Assembly (NCBI GenBank): GCA_045638945.1
Contig: JAZUCF010000002.1
Coordinates: forward strand, 84-64,083
Direction: 5' to 3'
Length of the DNA stretch: 64,000 bases
From: Clostridia bacterium
GTDB lineage: Bacteria > Bacillota > Clostridia > UMGS1883
Shown here: one piece after another, positions 48,882 through 57,876 of the stretch
Numbering within the stretch: the stretch's first letter is position 1
Layout of the letters: each line of letters begins with the position of its first letter
Translations under genes and position numbers: made by a program
The notes under the pieces: model-generated
What the model was told of the DNA's origin: nothing
What the model saw: the letters and a program-made list of their open reading frames with translations, nothing else
Database searches by the model: none

Positions 48882-49729
48882 AAATACTCGCATTAGATAT
48901 TGGAGGAACAGCCGTTAAATACGGATTGTTTCAGGAAAATAATAAAGAATTCGGTCAATTTCCCGTAAAGGATTCCCTCGGAAATGAAAACATCCCCGAA
49001 AGCATATGCTCCTTTTCAAAGGAGCATATGCCGGATATGATTGCAATTTCCACCCCGGGTCCCTTTGATTTTGAAACAGGAACATCACTTATGACTCATA
49101 AGCTTATATCAATGTATAATGTAAGTTTGAAAGAGTTATTGAAAAACGAACTTCCCAAGGCAGAAATTCTGTTTGTTCACGATTCAACTGCATTTGCAAT
49201 AGGTGTACTTAATAAAATACCTTATCTTAAAGAAAAAAAGTTCGTTGCAGTAATGCTGGGAACAGGTTTAGGTTATACTTATGTACAAAGCGGAAAAGTG
49301 CTTTTAAACAAAAGACAAACTCCTTTGCATCCCTTATGGAACAGAAGCTTCCTTGATGGAACAGCGGAGGATTATGTTTCCACGCGAGCAGTTCTGAAGC
49401 AGTGCGAAGAATTGGGATTTAGCGGATTAAGCATAAAAGAGCTTGCCGAAACCGCCCGCGGGGGAGATAAGCCGCTTCAAGATGTTTTTTATAACTACGG
49501 AAAGCATCTTGGAATGTGTATGGAAATGGCATCTCTGGCAGATGACTTTTCCAAAATTGTCATCGGTGGACAGATTTCCCGTTCCTGGGATTTAATGAAA
49601 AACGGCTTTGAAAGTGAATGTAAATTGCAGTACAGCATTATTGACAATCCTGAAAGTTGTGCTCTTTACGGGCTTTTGGACTGTGCAAAAAACGGAAAAG
49701 AAAAGTATTATACTATAAGCGAGGAATGA
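48878..49729 (+). CDS. ROK/ASKHA-type sugar kinase-like protein
   Basis: N-terminal ALDIGGTAVKYG phosphate-1 motif. The ROK zinc motif CxCGxxGC was not seen. ATGA overlap with the upstream gene. Confidence 0.55.
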   Translation: MKILALDIGGTAVKYGLFQENNKEFGQFPVKDSLGNENIPESICSFSKEHMPDMIAISTPGPFDFETGTSLMTHKLISMYNVSLKELLKNELPKAEILFVHDSTAFAIGVLNKIPYLKEKKFVAVMLGTGLGYTYVQSGKVLLNKRQTPLHPLWNRSFLDGTAEDYVSTRAVLKQCEELGFSGLSIKELAETARGGDKPLQDVFYNYGKHLGMCMEMASLADDFSKIVIGGQISRSWDLMKNGFESECKLQYSIIDNPESCALYGLLDCAKNGKEKYYTISEE

Positions 49730-49733
49730 TACT

Positions 49734-50246
49734 ATGAAAAAAATTCTTATAATTACAGGCGATAAATGCGATGACTCAGAGCTTTTTTACCCTTACTACA
49801 GATTAAAAGAGGAAGATTATCAAGTTGATGTTGTTTCCTTTAACAAAGGTGTTGTAAAGGCAAAGCATTTTTTTGAAATTGAGGCTGATGCGGCTGTGGC
49901 GGAGGTTAGTGAAAAGGACTACGATGCACTTCTTTTGCCGGGAGGCACCGCTCCCGAAAAGCTCAGACAAAATGAATATGTAATTAATCTTACAAAATCT
50001 TTTTATTCTGCAAAAAAGCCCATTGCCGCTATCTGTCACGGCCCGCAGATATTAATTTCAGCAGATGTGATAAAAGGCGAAAAAATGACTTGCTACCCGG
50101 GAATAGCCGATGATGTAAAGAATGCAGGGGCAGATTATATTGATAAGCCCGTTGTTGTAAGTGACAATAAGATTGTAACATCACGCAGACCTGAGGATTT
50201 ACCATATTTTATGAGGGAATTTATTAAGATTGTAAACAAAGGGTGA
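49734..50246 (+). CDS. DJ-1/PfpI-family protein
   Basis: Nucleophile-elbow motif AAICHGPQIL. 170 aa. Confidence 0.85.
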   Translation: MKKILIITGDKCDDSELFYPYYRLKEEDYQVDVVSFNKGVVKAKHFFEIEADAAVAEVSEKDYDALLLPGGTAPEKLRQNEYVINLTKSFYSAKKPIAAICHGPQILISADVIKGEKMTCYPGIADDVKNAGADYIDKPVVVSDNKIVTSRRPEDLPYFMREFIKIVNKG

Positions 50247-50893
50247 AAATGATGCAGAATGTATTATTATTGGGTGACTCAATCAGGCTTTTTTATCAGG
50301 ATAAAGTAAAAGAGAAGCTTGGAAGTGATTACAAGGTTATGTCACCGGAGGAAAATTGCAGGTTTTCATATTATGCACTCAATAGCCTGCGTTTCTGGCT
50401 TCCGAAGTTTGAAACCCCCGATATTATTCACTGGAACATAGGCTTGTGGGACAGCGCAATTCTTTATCCTGAGGATGGTTGCTTTGTATCGAAAAATGAG
50501 TATGTGGAAAATATGAAAAAAATCCTGCGTGAGCTTAAAAAGACAGGGGCAAAAGTGATTTTCGCAACAACCACGCCTGTAAAGGATGAAAAGAAATTTT
50601 TGCCCGGACCCATGCCCCCACGTCACCAAAATGAAGATATTATCGAATACAACGCTGCCGTTTTAGAAGCTTTTAAGGATGAAAACATCGACATAAATGA
50701 TTTACACACGCTTTTCTACCCGAAAAGAGAGGAGTATTTGTCAGACGATATGATTCATCCTAACGAAGACGGGGTTGAATTACTTTCCGAAGCAGTGGTA
50801 AATGCAATAAAAAAGCATAGCGGATTTATTAACAATAAGACTAAAAAAGAAGTCATTGCCGACATAGAGAAAAGCGAAAAAACAATACAGTGA
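50243..50893 (+). CDS. SGNH/GDSL-family hydrolase
   Basis: Block I LLLGDSIR and block V DDMIHPN. The start is uncertain (GTG at 50243 overlapping the upstream stop, or ATG at 50249/50252). Confidence 0.75.
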   Translation: MKMMQNVLLLGDSIRLFYQDKVKEKLGSDYKVMSPEENCRFSYYALNSLRFWLPKFETPDIIHWNIGLWDSAILYPEDGCFVSKNEYVENMKKILRELKKTGAKVIFATTTPVKDEKKFLPGPMPPRHQNEDIIEYNAAVLEAFKDENIDINDLHTLFYPKREEYLSDDMIHPNEDGVELLSEAVVNAIKKHSGFINNKTKKEVIADIEKSEKTIQ

Positions 50894-51033
50894 TAACAAA
50901 GGAGGTACGACATATCAGATAGTGTTGTCGTGCATTCTTTTTTGCTATAGACCCATTTTTTGGCATTTATTTCAGTTTATAATTGACTATACTGAAAAAA
51001 AGATATATAATTGATTGCAAATAAGATTTTCGG

Positions 51034-51867
51034 GTGAATGTTATGAAAAACGCATTTGAATGTAAGCGTATTTTGGTAGAGAATATTGCCAACAGCCGTG
51101 AAAAACTGCTTATCCGCAGAAAACAGCTTAAAAATTACGACCTTCATTGGCATGACTGTTTTGAAATAGAATTGATGCTTCGGGGCAGTGCCGTGCAGAT
51201 TCTTAACGGTCAGCGATATGAAATGCAGCCGGGGGACATTTATCTTCTCAATCCTACGGATTTTCACAGTATAGAAACCGATGGTGCGGTAGTTTATAAT
51301 ATTATGTTCAGTGAAGAGATGCTTGACGAGGATGTTTTGCAGAAGATATTAAGCATTGATAAAAATATTATATTCAGGCTCACTCCGCGTGAACTTCATA
51401 CTACGGAATTTATGATTTCGCAGATGCTTTATGAATTTGAAAATACCGCAAGCTATTCAGACTCTGTTATAAAGAATCTAATGGAATGTCTTTTCATCAT
51501 GATTCTGAGAAAGTGTGACCTTTCAGAAAATGACAGTAGTATCGGAGAAAACGATGCCATAAGAAAATCCGTTCTATACCTTCACAGCAGATTCAGGGAA
51601 AATCCAACCCTTGAGCAGGTGGCTTCGGTGGCAGGCTTAAACAAGAACTATTTCAGCGGACTTTTCCATGAAACCACGGGGAAGACCTATAAGGAATATC
51701 TTAATTTTCTGAAACTTGAGCATGCAAAGAAGCTCGTGCTTACAAGCAATATTCCCGTTACGGAAATATGCTTTGCTTCGGGGTTTAATTCCCTTACGAA
51801 CTTTTTGCGTGTGTTTAAAGAATCATATCAGATATCACCCACAGCAATGAGAAAAAAGAAAATGTAA
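51034..51867 (+). CDS. AraC-family transcriptional regulator (cupin plus HTH)
   Basis: N-terminal cupin (HWHDCFEIE) and C-terminal AraC HTH. Promoter TTGACT-17-TATAAT lies upstream. The start may be the ATG at 51043. Confidence 0.85.
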   Translation: MNVMKNAFECKRILVENIANSREKLLIRRKQLKNYDLHWHDCFEIELMLRGSAVQILNGQRYEMQPGDIYLLNPTDFHSIETDGAVVYNIMFSEEMLDEDVLQKILSIDKNIIFRLTPRELHTTEFMISQMLYEFENTASYSDSVIKNLMECLFIMILRKCDLSENDSSIGENDAIRKSVLYLHSRFRENPTLEQVASVAGLNKNYFSGLFHETTGKTYKEYLNFLKLEHAKKLVLTSNIPVTEICFASGFNSLTNFLRVFKESYQISPTAMRKKKM

Positions 51868-51937
51868 ATATAAGCTCTGTTTGCGACTGAATAATCCATA
51901 ATTTTCAGGATAAACTAACCTTAAATAAAGGTGGAGA

Positions 51938-51965
51938 AAAAGGATAGCGTATGCTATCCTTTTTA
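51938..51965 (+). terminator. intrinsic terminator
   Basis: AAAAAGGATAGC-GTAT-GCTATCCTTTTT. Confidence 0.8.
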
Positions 51966-51972
51966 GTTTGAA

Positions 51973-52827
51973 ATGAATAAAAAACTATTTAAAGACATAC
52001 TTACAGATACGCTCGGCTGTTTGCTTATTGCCGTGGGGATATACTCCTTTGCTGAAAAACTCAATATTGCACCGGGCGGGGTCAGCGGAATTGCAATTAT
52101 GGTAAAGTACCTTTCCGGGCTTCCCGTGGGTCTTATATCCCTTTTTATAAATGTTCCGCTTCTTATCGTAGCATATAAATTTATAGGAAAGAGCTTTGCC
52201 CTGAGGACACTGAGCACAGTGGTTATATATACTCTCCTTATTGATGATGTGGTAACACCGTTTTTTCCTCAGTTTGCAGGGGACAGAATGCTCGGTGCCA
52301 TATTCTGTGGAATATGCACGGGCGGAGGCTTGGGAATTGTTTTTCAGCGTGGCTCCTCCACGGGAGGTACAGATATAGTAGGCTATCTGGTGGAGAAGAA
52401 ATATCCCCATATACCTATAGGAAAAGCGTTGATGTTAGTTGACACGGTTATAATCGTTGTATCGATATTTGTATTTAAAAACGTTGAATCAGCCCTTTTT
52501 GCCGTGGTGACGCTTTTTGCCCAGAGCAGTGTTATAAATCATCTTGTATACGGAGCGGAAAAGGGGAGAAATCTCTTTATTATTTCAAAGCACAGCGAAA
52601 AGATAGCACAGCGTATTTTAGAGGAAAGGGAAAGGGGAGTCACCTTTATAAACGGAAGCGGTGCTTATAGCAAAAAGCCTTCAAAAATACTGATGTGCGT
52701 GGTCAGGGTATGGGAATATCACCATATCAAGGAAATTGTCTACAGCGAAGACCCACATGCCTTTGTAATAGCCACCGAAGCGGAGCATATTATAGGCGAG
52801 GGCTTCACTGATGCAGAAAGAAAATAG
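51973..52827 (+). CDS. YitT-family membrane protein (DUF2179 C-terminal domain)
   Basis: Five TM segments with GGVSGIAIM and GGTD motifs, plus a soluble C-terminal domain. Confidence 0.8.
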   Translation: MNKKLFKDILTDTLGCLLIAVGIYSFAEKLNIAPGGVSGIAIMVKYLSGLPVGLISLFINVPLLIVAYKFIGKSFALRTLSTVVIYTLLIDDVVTPFFPQFAGDRMLGAIFCGICTGGGLGIVFQRGSSTGGTDIVGYLVEKKYPHIPIGKALMLVDTVIIVVSIFVFKNVESALFAVVTLFAQSSVINHLVYGAEKGRNLFIISKHSEKIAQRILEERERGVTFINGSGAYSKKPSKILMCVVRVWEYHHIKEIVYSEDPHAFVIATEAEHIIGEGFTDAERK

Positions 52828-52928
52828 CCTCTGCAATGAAAAAAATTCATTTTTTTCAAAAAAAATATGTACATGGAAAAAAATATGTGTTAAAATATTC
52901 ACATATGTTAAACGAAGGAGTTTTTAGT

Positions 52929-53612
52929 ATGGAAAAATTGTATCAGGGAAAAACAAAAGATGTTTATAAGCTTGACAATGGTAATGTAATGCTCAAGTTC
53001 AAGGATGACTGTACCGGTAAGGACGGCGTATTCGACCCCGGTGAAAACTCTGTAGGTCTTACAATTGAAGGTATCGGTAAGGCAAATCTCCAGACCTCTG
53101 TTTATTATTTTGAACTGCTCAAAAAGGCAGGAATCAAGACTCACTATGTAAGTGCAAATATCGACGAAGCAACTATGGAGGTTCTTCCTGCAACAGTATT
53201 CGGACACGGTCTTGAAGTTATCTGCCGCCTTGTTGCAACAGGAAGCTTTATCCGCAGATACGGAGAATATATTGAAGACGGCACACCTCTTGAGGGCGGC
53301 TATGTTGAATGCACCTTCAAGAATGACGAAAAGGGTGGCCCGCTTGTAACAGGTGAAGGTCTTGCAGCACTTGGCGTAATGAATGCTGAAATGTTTGAAA
53401 GCATGAAGAAGCAGACACTTGCCATCACAAAGATTGTAGCAGATGACCTTAAGACTCTTGGCCTTGACCTTTGGGATATCAAGTTTGAGTTCGGTTACAA
53501 CAATAACGAGGTTATTCTTATCGACGAAATTGCATCAGGCAATATGCGTGTATATAAGGATGGAAAGATTGTTGACCCTGTTGAGCTTACAAAGATTATC
53601 AATAACCGCTAA
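52929..53612 (+). CDS. purC: phosphoribosylaminoimidazole-succinocarboxamide synthase
   Basis: [13 protein letters not shown]...DIKFEFG...LIDEI SAICAR-synthetase motifs. Start trimmed, with GAAGGAG upstream. Stand-alone gene with no other pur genes nearby. Confidence 0.8.
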   Translation: MEKLYQGKTKDVYKLDNGNVMLKFKDDCTGKDGVFDPGENSVGLTIEGIGKANLQTSVYYFELLKKAGIKTHYVSANIDEATMEVLPATVFGHGLEVICRLVATGSFIRRYGEYIEDGTPLEGGYVECTFKNDEKGGPLVTGEGLAALGVMNAEMFESMKKQTLAITKIVADDLKTLGLDLWDIKFEFGYNNNEVILIDEIASGNMRVYKDGKIVDPVELTKIINNR

Positions 53613-53704
53613 AGGCGGGGATGTTTAAAAAGTCCAGACCGCAAAAAGGCAAACAAGATACAAACCAAATATGGTGAAAAACCTTTAAAAACCGTATTAT
53701 TGTT

Positions 53705-53744
53705 AAAAACCGTATTTTGGGTATTACCCCAAAATACGGTTTTT
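53705..53744 (+). terminator. intrinsic terminator of purC
   Basis: 17-bp stem AAAAACCGTATTTTGGG/CCCCAAAATACGGTTTTT. Confidence 0.85.
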
Positions 53745-53765
53745 CTCTGTTTTTAAGCCCTTTTG

Positions 53766-53850
53766 CTACGAACGAACTTCGCCTCTCGACGTACCCACGT
53801 ACGCCTTCGGGTAACCCACGGCAAGCCGTGGCTCAGTTCGTCCGTTCTGA
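53766..53850. other. GC-rich cloverleaf-like intergenic element
   Basis: Outer stem ACGAACGAACT (53768-53778) pairs with AGTTCGTCCGT (53835-53845). It encloses three small hairpins: CGTAC-CCAC-GTACG, GCC-TTCG-GGT and CCACGG-CAAG-CCGTGG. Confidence 0.35.
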
Positions 53851-53900
53851 ACATTTTCTCCTATCCCCGTTAAAATGTGCATTATGCATTTGCGAAGCAA

Positions 53901-54947
53901 TTAATCAATAGCCTGTATAAAAGTTATATCCGAAAGTACGAAGCCTTTTTTTGCCACGCATGTTTCTATAAAGGGAACTCCCTGATAGCTTCCCGTGTCG
54001 GAGTAATTAGATGCGGTGGGGGCAGGGTCATTAAAAAGAATGATTCCGTTTTCTGCCGCCACGGCAACCATTGTATGAGGGTATCCCGCATACCGTACCA
54101 TTACACCTTCGGGATGAAGTGCGAGGGCTTCCTTTAATGCTTCCCTGACAACGGCGTCGGACTTTTCGGGATTTTGAATATATGTACCGCCTGAAACACT
54201 GTCCCGTCCTGCATAATAAGGACTTGCGGGGGAAAGTGCCGGGACAAACTTTATGTTATACGCCGAGGCGATTTCATTGTGATAGCAATAAGCACCGCTT
54301 GAGGTCTTGGTAAGGTTAATTGCCGCAATATCATTGGGGGTTATCCGTGTGCCTGTCAGGTTGGAAATCACCATGGCATATGAGCATACCCAGCAATAGC
54401 CGCTTCCGCTTGAGGGAAGATTAAACTCTGCTTGATTCTGGAAATAATAGGATTTCGCCGCCACGGCATCACGCGTTGCCTGTGAAATCATCTGGGGTGC
54501 AAAGCCGAAATATACGGTCTGTGTATTGACATCAAATCCCAAAGAATAACCAAAAATATTTGAAATATCACGTGCCGATACAATATAGCTTCCGTTTGCA
54601 TAAAGACAGGGAGCAGTCAGAAGCTTGAAATAAAACTCCTTATCGCTTTGCCCGGTGATGTCGGAAACGGTTGCAAACTGTTCATCGGGAACAAAGCAGA
54701 CCGATGTGCGTTTGTTGCTGATTGTGATGCTGTGATGGTCGTCAAAGGTTTTATATTCAAGACCAAGTGCCTTTGAGAGTGTTTTTGCATCAACATATGT
54801 TATGCCGTCACGCACAAAGGGGGAATAAGGAAAATCAACCTTATTCCCGTTGACGAGGAATTTTACAAACGTATCCTCATATGCATGCACAGGTACATTC
54901 GCTACGATAAGCAATGCGGATATTAATAAGACGCAAAGTTTTTTCAT
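53901..54947 (-). CDS. secreted protein: stalk (copper amine oxidase N-terminal-like) domain plus C39-like cysteine peptidase domain
   Basis: Signal peptide MKKLCVLLISALLIVANVPVHA. Stalk motif VNGNKVDFPYSPFVRDGITYVDAKTLSKALG. Candidate Cys (GYCWVCSYAM) and His (GYPHTMVAV). Start trimmed from the track's GTG. Confidence 0.6.
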   Translation of the reverse strand: MKKLCVLLISALLIVANVPVHAYEDTFVKFLVNGNKVDFPYSPFVRDGITYVDAKTLSKALGLEYKTFDDHHSITISNKRTSVCFVPDEQFATVSDITGQSDKEFYFKLLTAPCLYANGSYIVSARDISNIFGYSLGFDVNTQTVYFGFAPQMISQATRDAVAAKSYYFQNQAEFNLPSSGSGYCWVCSYAMVISNLTGTRITPNDIAAINLTKTSSGAYCYHNEIASAYNIKFVPALSPASPYYAGRDSVSGGTYIQNPEKSDAVVREALKEALALHPEGVMVRYAGYPHTMVAVAAENGIILFNDPAPTASNYSDTGSYQGVPFIETCVAKKGFVLSDITFIQAID

Positions 54948-55060
54948 AGTGGCGGACACCACCTTTCTGCCCACAAAATAGTATCTACCTTATTTATAAC
55001 ATAAAAGGCGAATGTTGTCAATCAAAATCGAATTTTCAAAAACTATTGAAAATAAAATAG

Positions 55061-55089
55061 TTGACAAAGAAGTAATTGTGTGTTATCAT
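55061..55089 (+). promoter_or_regulatory. sigma-70-type promoter of the T-box leader
   Basis: TTGACA (55061-55066), 17 nt spacer, TATCAT (55084-55089), with TGT just upstream (extended -10-like). Confidence 0.7.
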
Positions 55090-55110
55090 TACAAATAGTT
55101 TAATATCTAA

Positions 55111-55371
55111 AAACGATGATGGAGAGTGTAGCTGTGAATCTTTAAAGAGAGGTGCCGGAGGGTGCGAGGCACTAAAGTGAAGCGGACTATTGTAGCTCCT
55201 GAGTTGAAAGGAAGAAAGCTTGAGAAGTGATTAGACCCTTTCCGAGAATGCTGCGTCAGTGCATAGGGCTTGTTGGAGTCTGAAGAGGCAGCGGGGTAAC
55301 GCCCGGTGCAATTTGAGTGGTACCGCGGGTAATATGCTCGTCTCAAGGAAATTTCTTTGGGACGTTTTTTT
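55111..55371 (+). promoter_or_regulatory. T-box riboswitch leader (tRNA-sensing transcription attenuator)
   Basis: K-turn GAUGA at 55115-55119. AG bulge AGAGAG at 55146-55151. Distal loop GGUGCGA at 55161-55167. T-box sequence AAUUUGAGUGGUACCGCGGG at 55310-55329. Terminator hairpin 55339-55364 followed by U7. Confidence 0.9.
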
Positions 55372-55397
55372 ATGTTCCAAAGCAGGAGGTATAAAAA

Positions 55398-57683
55398 ATG
55401 GAAGAAACAATGATGACCGGTCTTGACTTTAAAATCAGTGAAGTTGCCGCAAGAATCAAAGAACTTCGCCAGATCGACGGAATAAGCGTTGAAACAATGG
55501 CGAAGCTGACGGGTGTTTCCCGTGATGAATATGTAGCGTGTGAGGAAGGAAAGCACGACCTTAGCTTTGCGTTTATTTACAGATGTGCACTTGCATTTAA
55601 AGTAGGTGTCACGGATATTATCGAGGGTGTCAGCTCCAATCTTAAATCCTTCACGGTGACAAGATGTGGCGAAGGACAGAAAATCGACCAGGCACACGGA
55701 ATGATTTATTATAACCTTGCATCAGCTTTTAAGGGCAGGGTAGCAGAACCGCTTTATGTTCATGCCATATATGATGAAAGTGCAGAACGCGGTGATATGG
55801 AGCTTACCAGCCATGACGGGCAGGAGGTTGATATCGTTATCAGCGGCTCGCTTAAGGTTCAGGTGGGCGGTCACAGCGAAATTCTCCACGCAGGCGATAG
55901 CATTTACTACGACAGCTCCGCACCTCACGGAATGGTTGCGGTAGGTGGTCAGGACTGTGAGTTTTACGCTATCGTTCTTAATGGACAAAAGCAGGAAGTA
56001 AAAGAAGAAAAGTCCATTGTTAAAACAAATTACAAGCCTCACCGTGAATATAAGAGAGTTTATCATAACTTTATCGAGACCGTTGAGGACGAAAACGGCT
56101 GTCTTGAAAAGATTTCCTTTAAGAATGAGGAAAAATTCAACTTTGCATTTGATGTAATTGATGCTATTGCAGATAAAAAGCCCGAAAAGCTTGCAATGCT
56201 TCATCTTTCAAAGAATAAAGAGGAACGCCGCTTCACATTTGCGGATTTCAAGCGTGAGTCTGCAAGATGTGCAAATTATTTTGAATCAATCGGCATTAAA
56301 AAGGGAAGCAAGGTAATGCTTGTATTAAAACGCCATTACCAGTTCTGGATTGCGATGCTTGCACTTCATAAAATTGGTGCAGTTGCAATCCCTGCCACAT
56401 ATCTTCTGCAGGAGCACGACTATGAGTATCGCTATAATGCCGCAGGCGTTGATGCAATCCTTTGTACTGCGGATGACGATATTGCAGACCGTGCCGAAAG
56501 CGGAGCAAAGAATGCAAAAACTCTGCGTGAAAAGATTATAGTAGGCGGCAAAAAGGACGGCTGGAGAGATTTTGACGAGGAATACAAGGCTTTCCCCGAT
56601 ACCTATGAAAGAAAAGAAGATTCTCCCTGCGGAAATGACGATATGCTTATGTACTTCACTTCAGGTACAACAGGAAATCCCAAAATGGCACTTCACGCAT
56701 ACACATATCCGCTTGGCCATTTCCACACTGCAAACTACTGGCATTGTGTAGACCCCGAGGGTCTTCATCTTACCATTTCCGATACAGGCTGGGCAAAAGC
56801 CGCATGGGGTAAGATTTACGGTCAGTGGCTTTGCGAGGCGGCACTCTTTGTGTACGACTTCGATAAATTTGATGCGGCAGACATTCTTCCGCTTTTCTCC
56901 GAATATGGTATCACAACCTTCTGTGCACCTCCCACAATGTACAGAATGCTTATGAAAGAGGATATTTCCAAATATGATATGTCCTCCGTACAGCATGCAA
57001 ATACAGCGGGCGAAGCTCTTAATCCCGAGGTTTATAAGCAGATTAAAAACCTTACGGGACTTAGAATTATGGAGGGCTTCGGACAGACGGAAACCACCTG
57101 TCTTATCGGTAATCTCTATGGCAGAGAGTACAAGCTTGGTGCTATGGGTAAGCCCGTTCCCCTTTATGATGTTGATATTGTTGACCCCGACGGAAACAGT
57201 GTTGACGTAGGTGAAAACGGTGAAATCGTTATCCGTACAAGCGAGCGTGTGCCATGCGGTCTGTTTAAGGGATATTACAAGGACGAGGAAAAGACAAAGG
57301 AAGTTTGGCACGACGGTCTTTATCATACAGGCGATGTAGCGTATCGTGATGAGGACGGCTTCTATTTCTACGTGGGCAGAGTTGATGACGTTATCAAATC
57401 ATCAGGCTACAGAATAGGACCCTTTGAAATTGAAAGCGTTATTATGGAGCTTCCCTATGTTGTGGAATGCGGCGTATCTGCCGCTCCCGATGAAATCCGC
57501 GGACAGGTAGTTAAGGCAAGCATCGTTCTTACAAAAGACACTGTGGCGAGCGAAGAGCTTAAAAAAGAAATTCAGATGTATGTAAAAGAACATACCGCAC
57601 CCTATAAATATCCCAGAATCGTAGAATTCCGCGATTCACTTCCAAAAACAACAAGCGGAAAAATCATCAGAAACCAGCTTTAA
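55398..57683 (+). CDS. XRE-HTH / cupin / AMP-forming acyl-CoA synthetase fusion protein
   Basis: The N-terminal ~65 aa is an XRE HTH. Next comes a cupin (SHDGQEVDIVISGSL...GDSIYYDSSAPHG). The rest is an adenylate-forming enzyme (YFTSGTTGNPKM, GFGQTET, YHTGD, SGKIIR) resembling medium-chain acyl-CoA ligases. Confidence 0.85.
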   Translation: MEETMMTGLDFKISEVAARIKELRQIDGISVETMAKLTGVSRDEYVACEEGKHDLSFAFIYRCALAFKVGVTDIIEGVSSNLKSFTVTRCGEGQKIDQAHGMIYYNLASAFKGRVAEPLYVHAIYDESAERGDMELTSHDGQEVDIVISGSLKVQVGGHSEILHAGDSIYYDSSAPHGMVAVGGQDCEFYAIVLNGQKQEVKEEKSIVKTNYKPHREYKRVYHNFIETVEDENGCLEKISFKNEEKFNFAFDVIDAIADKKPEKLAMLHLSKNKEERRFTFADFKRESARCANYFESIGIKKGSKVMLVLKRHYQFWIAMLALHKIGAVAIPATYLLQEHDYEYRYNAAGVDAILCTADDDIADRAESGAKNAKTLREKIIVGGKKDGWRDFDEEYKAFPDTYERKEDSPCGNDDMLMYFTSGTTGNPKMALHAYTYPLGHFHTANYWHCVDPEGLHLTISDTGWAKAAWGKIYGQWLCEAALFVYDFDKFDAADILPLFSEYGITTFCAPPTMYRMLMKEDISKYDMSSVQHANTAGEALNPEVYKQIKNLTGLRIMEGFGQTETTCLIGNLYGREYKLGAMGKPVPLYDVDIVDPDGNSVDVGENGEIVIRTSERVPCGLFKGYYKDEEKTKEVWHDGLYHTGDVAYRDEDGFYFYVGRVDDVIKSSGYRIGPFEIESVIMELPYVVECGVSAAPDEIRGQVVKASIVLTKDTVASEELKKEIQMYVKEHTAPYKYPRIVEFRDSLPKTTSGKIIRNQL

Positions 57684-57876
57684 AACAAGTAAATTATCGC
57701 ACAAAAAAGAACAGGGGCTGTAGCATTTTGCTACAGCCCTCAAAAGATCATATAGGAAAGCCGCCATATTCTCGCAATGTGGCGGCTTTTCTATATGGTG
57801 ATAAAGTTGTAATAATTGCCCTTGTTCCTGTGATTGTTCTATTGACTTTAAGTGATTTCTTTATTATTTAAATTTA

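Noticed and set aside
53686-53716. Direct repeat TTAAAAACCGTATT x2 downstream of purC
   Set aside because: The second copy is simply the 5' arm of the purC terminator hairpin. The first looks like a local slippage duplicate, and it has no further structure.
55107-55697. 196-aa minus-strand ORF
   Set aside because: It overlaps the T-box leader and the 5' end of the ligase gene in antisense, and has no motifs. The region is fully explained by the riboswitch plus the CDS.
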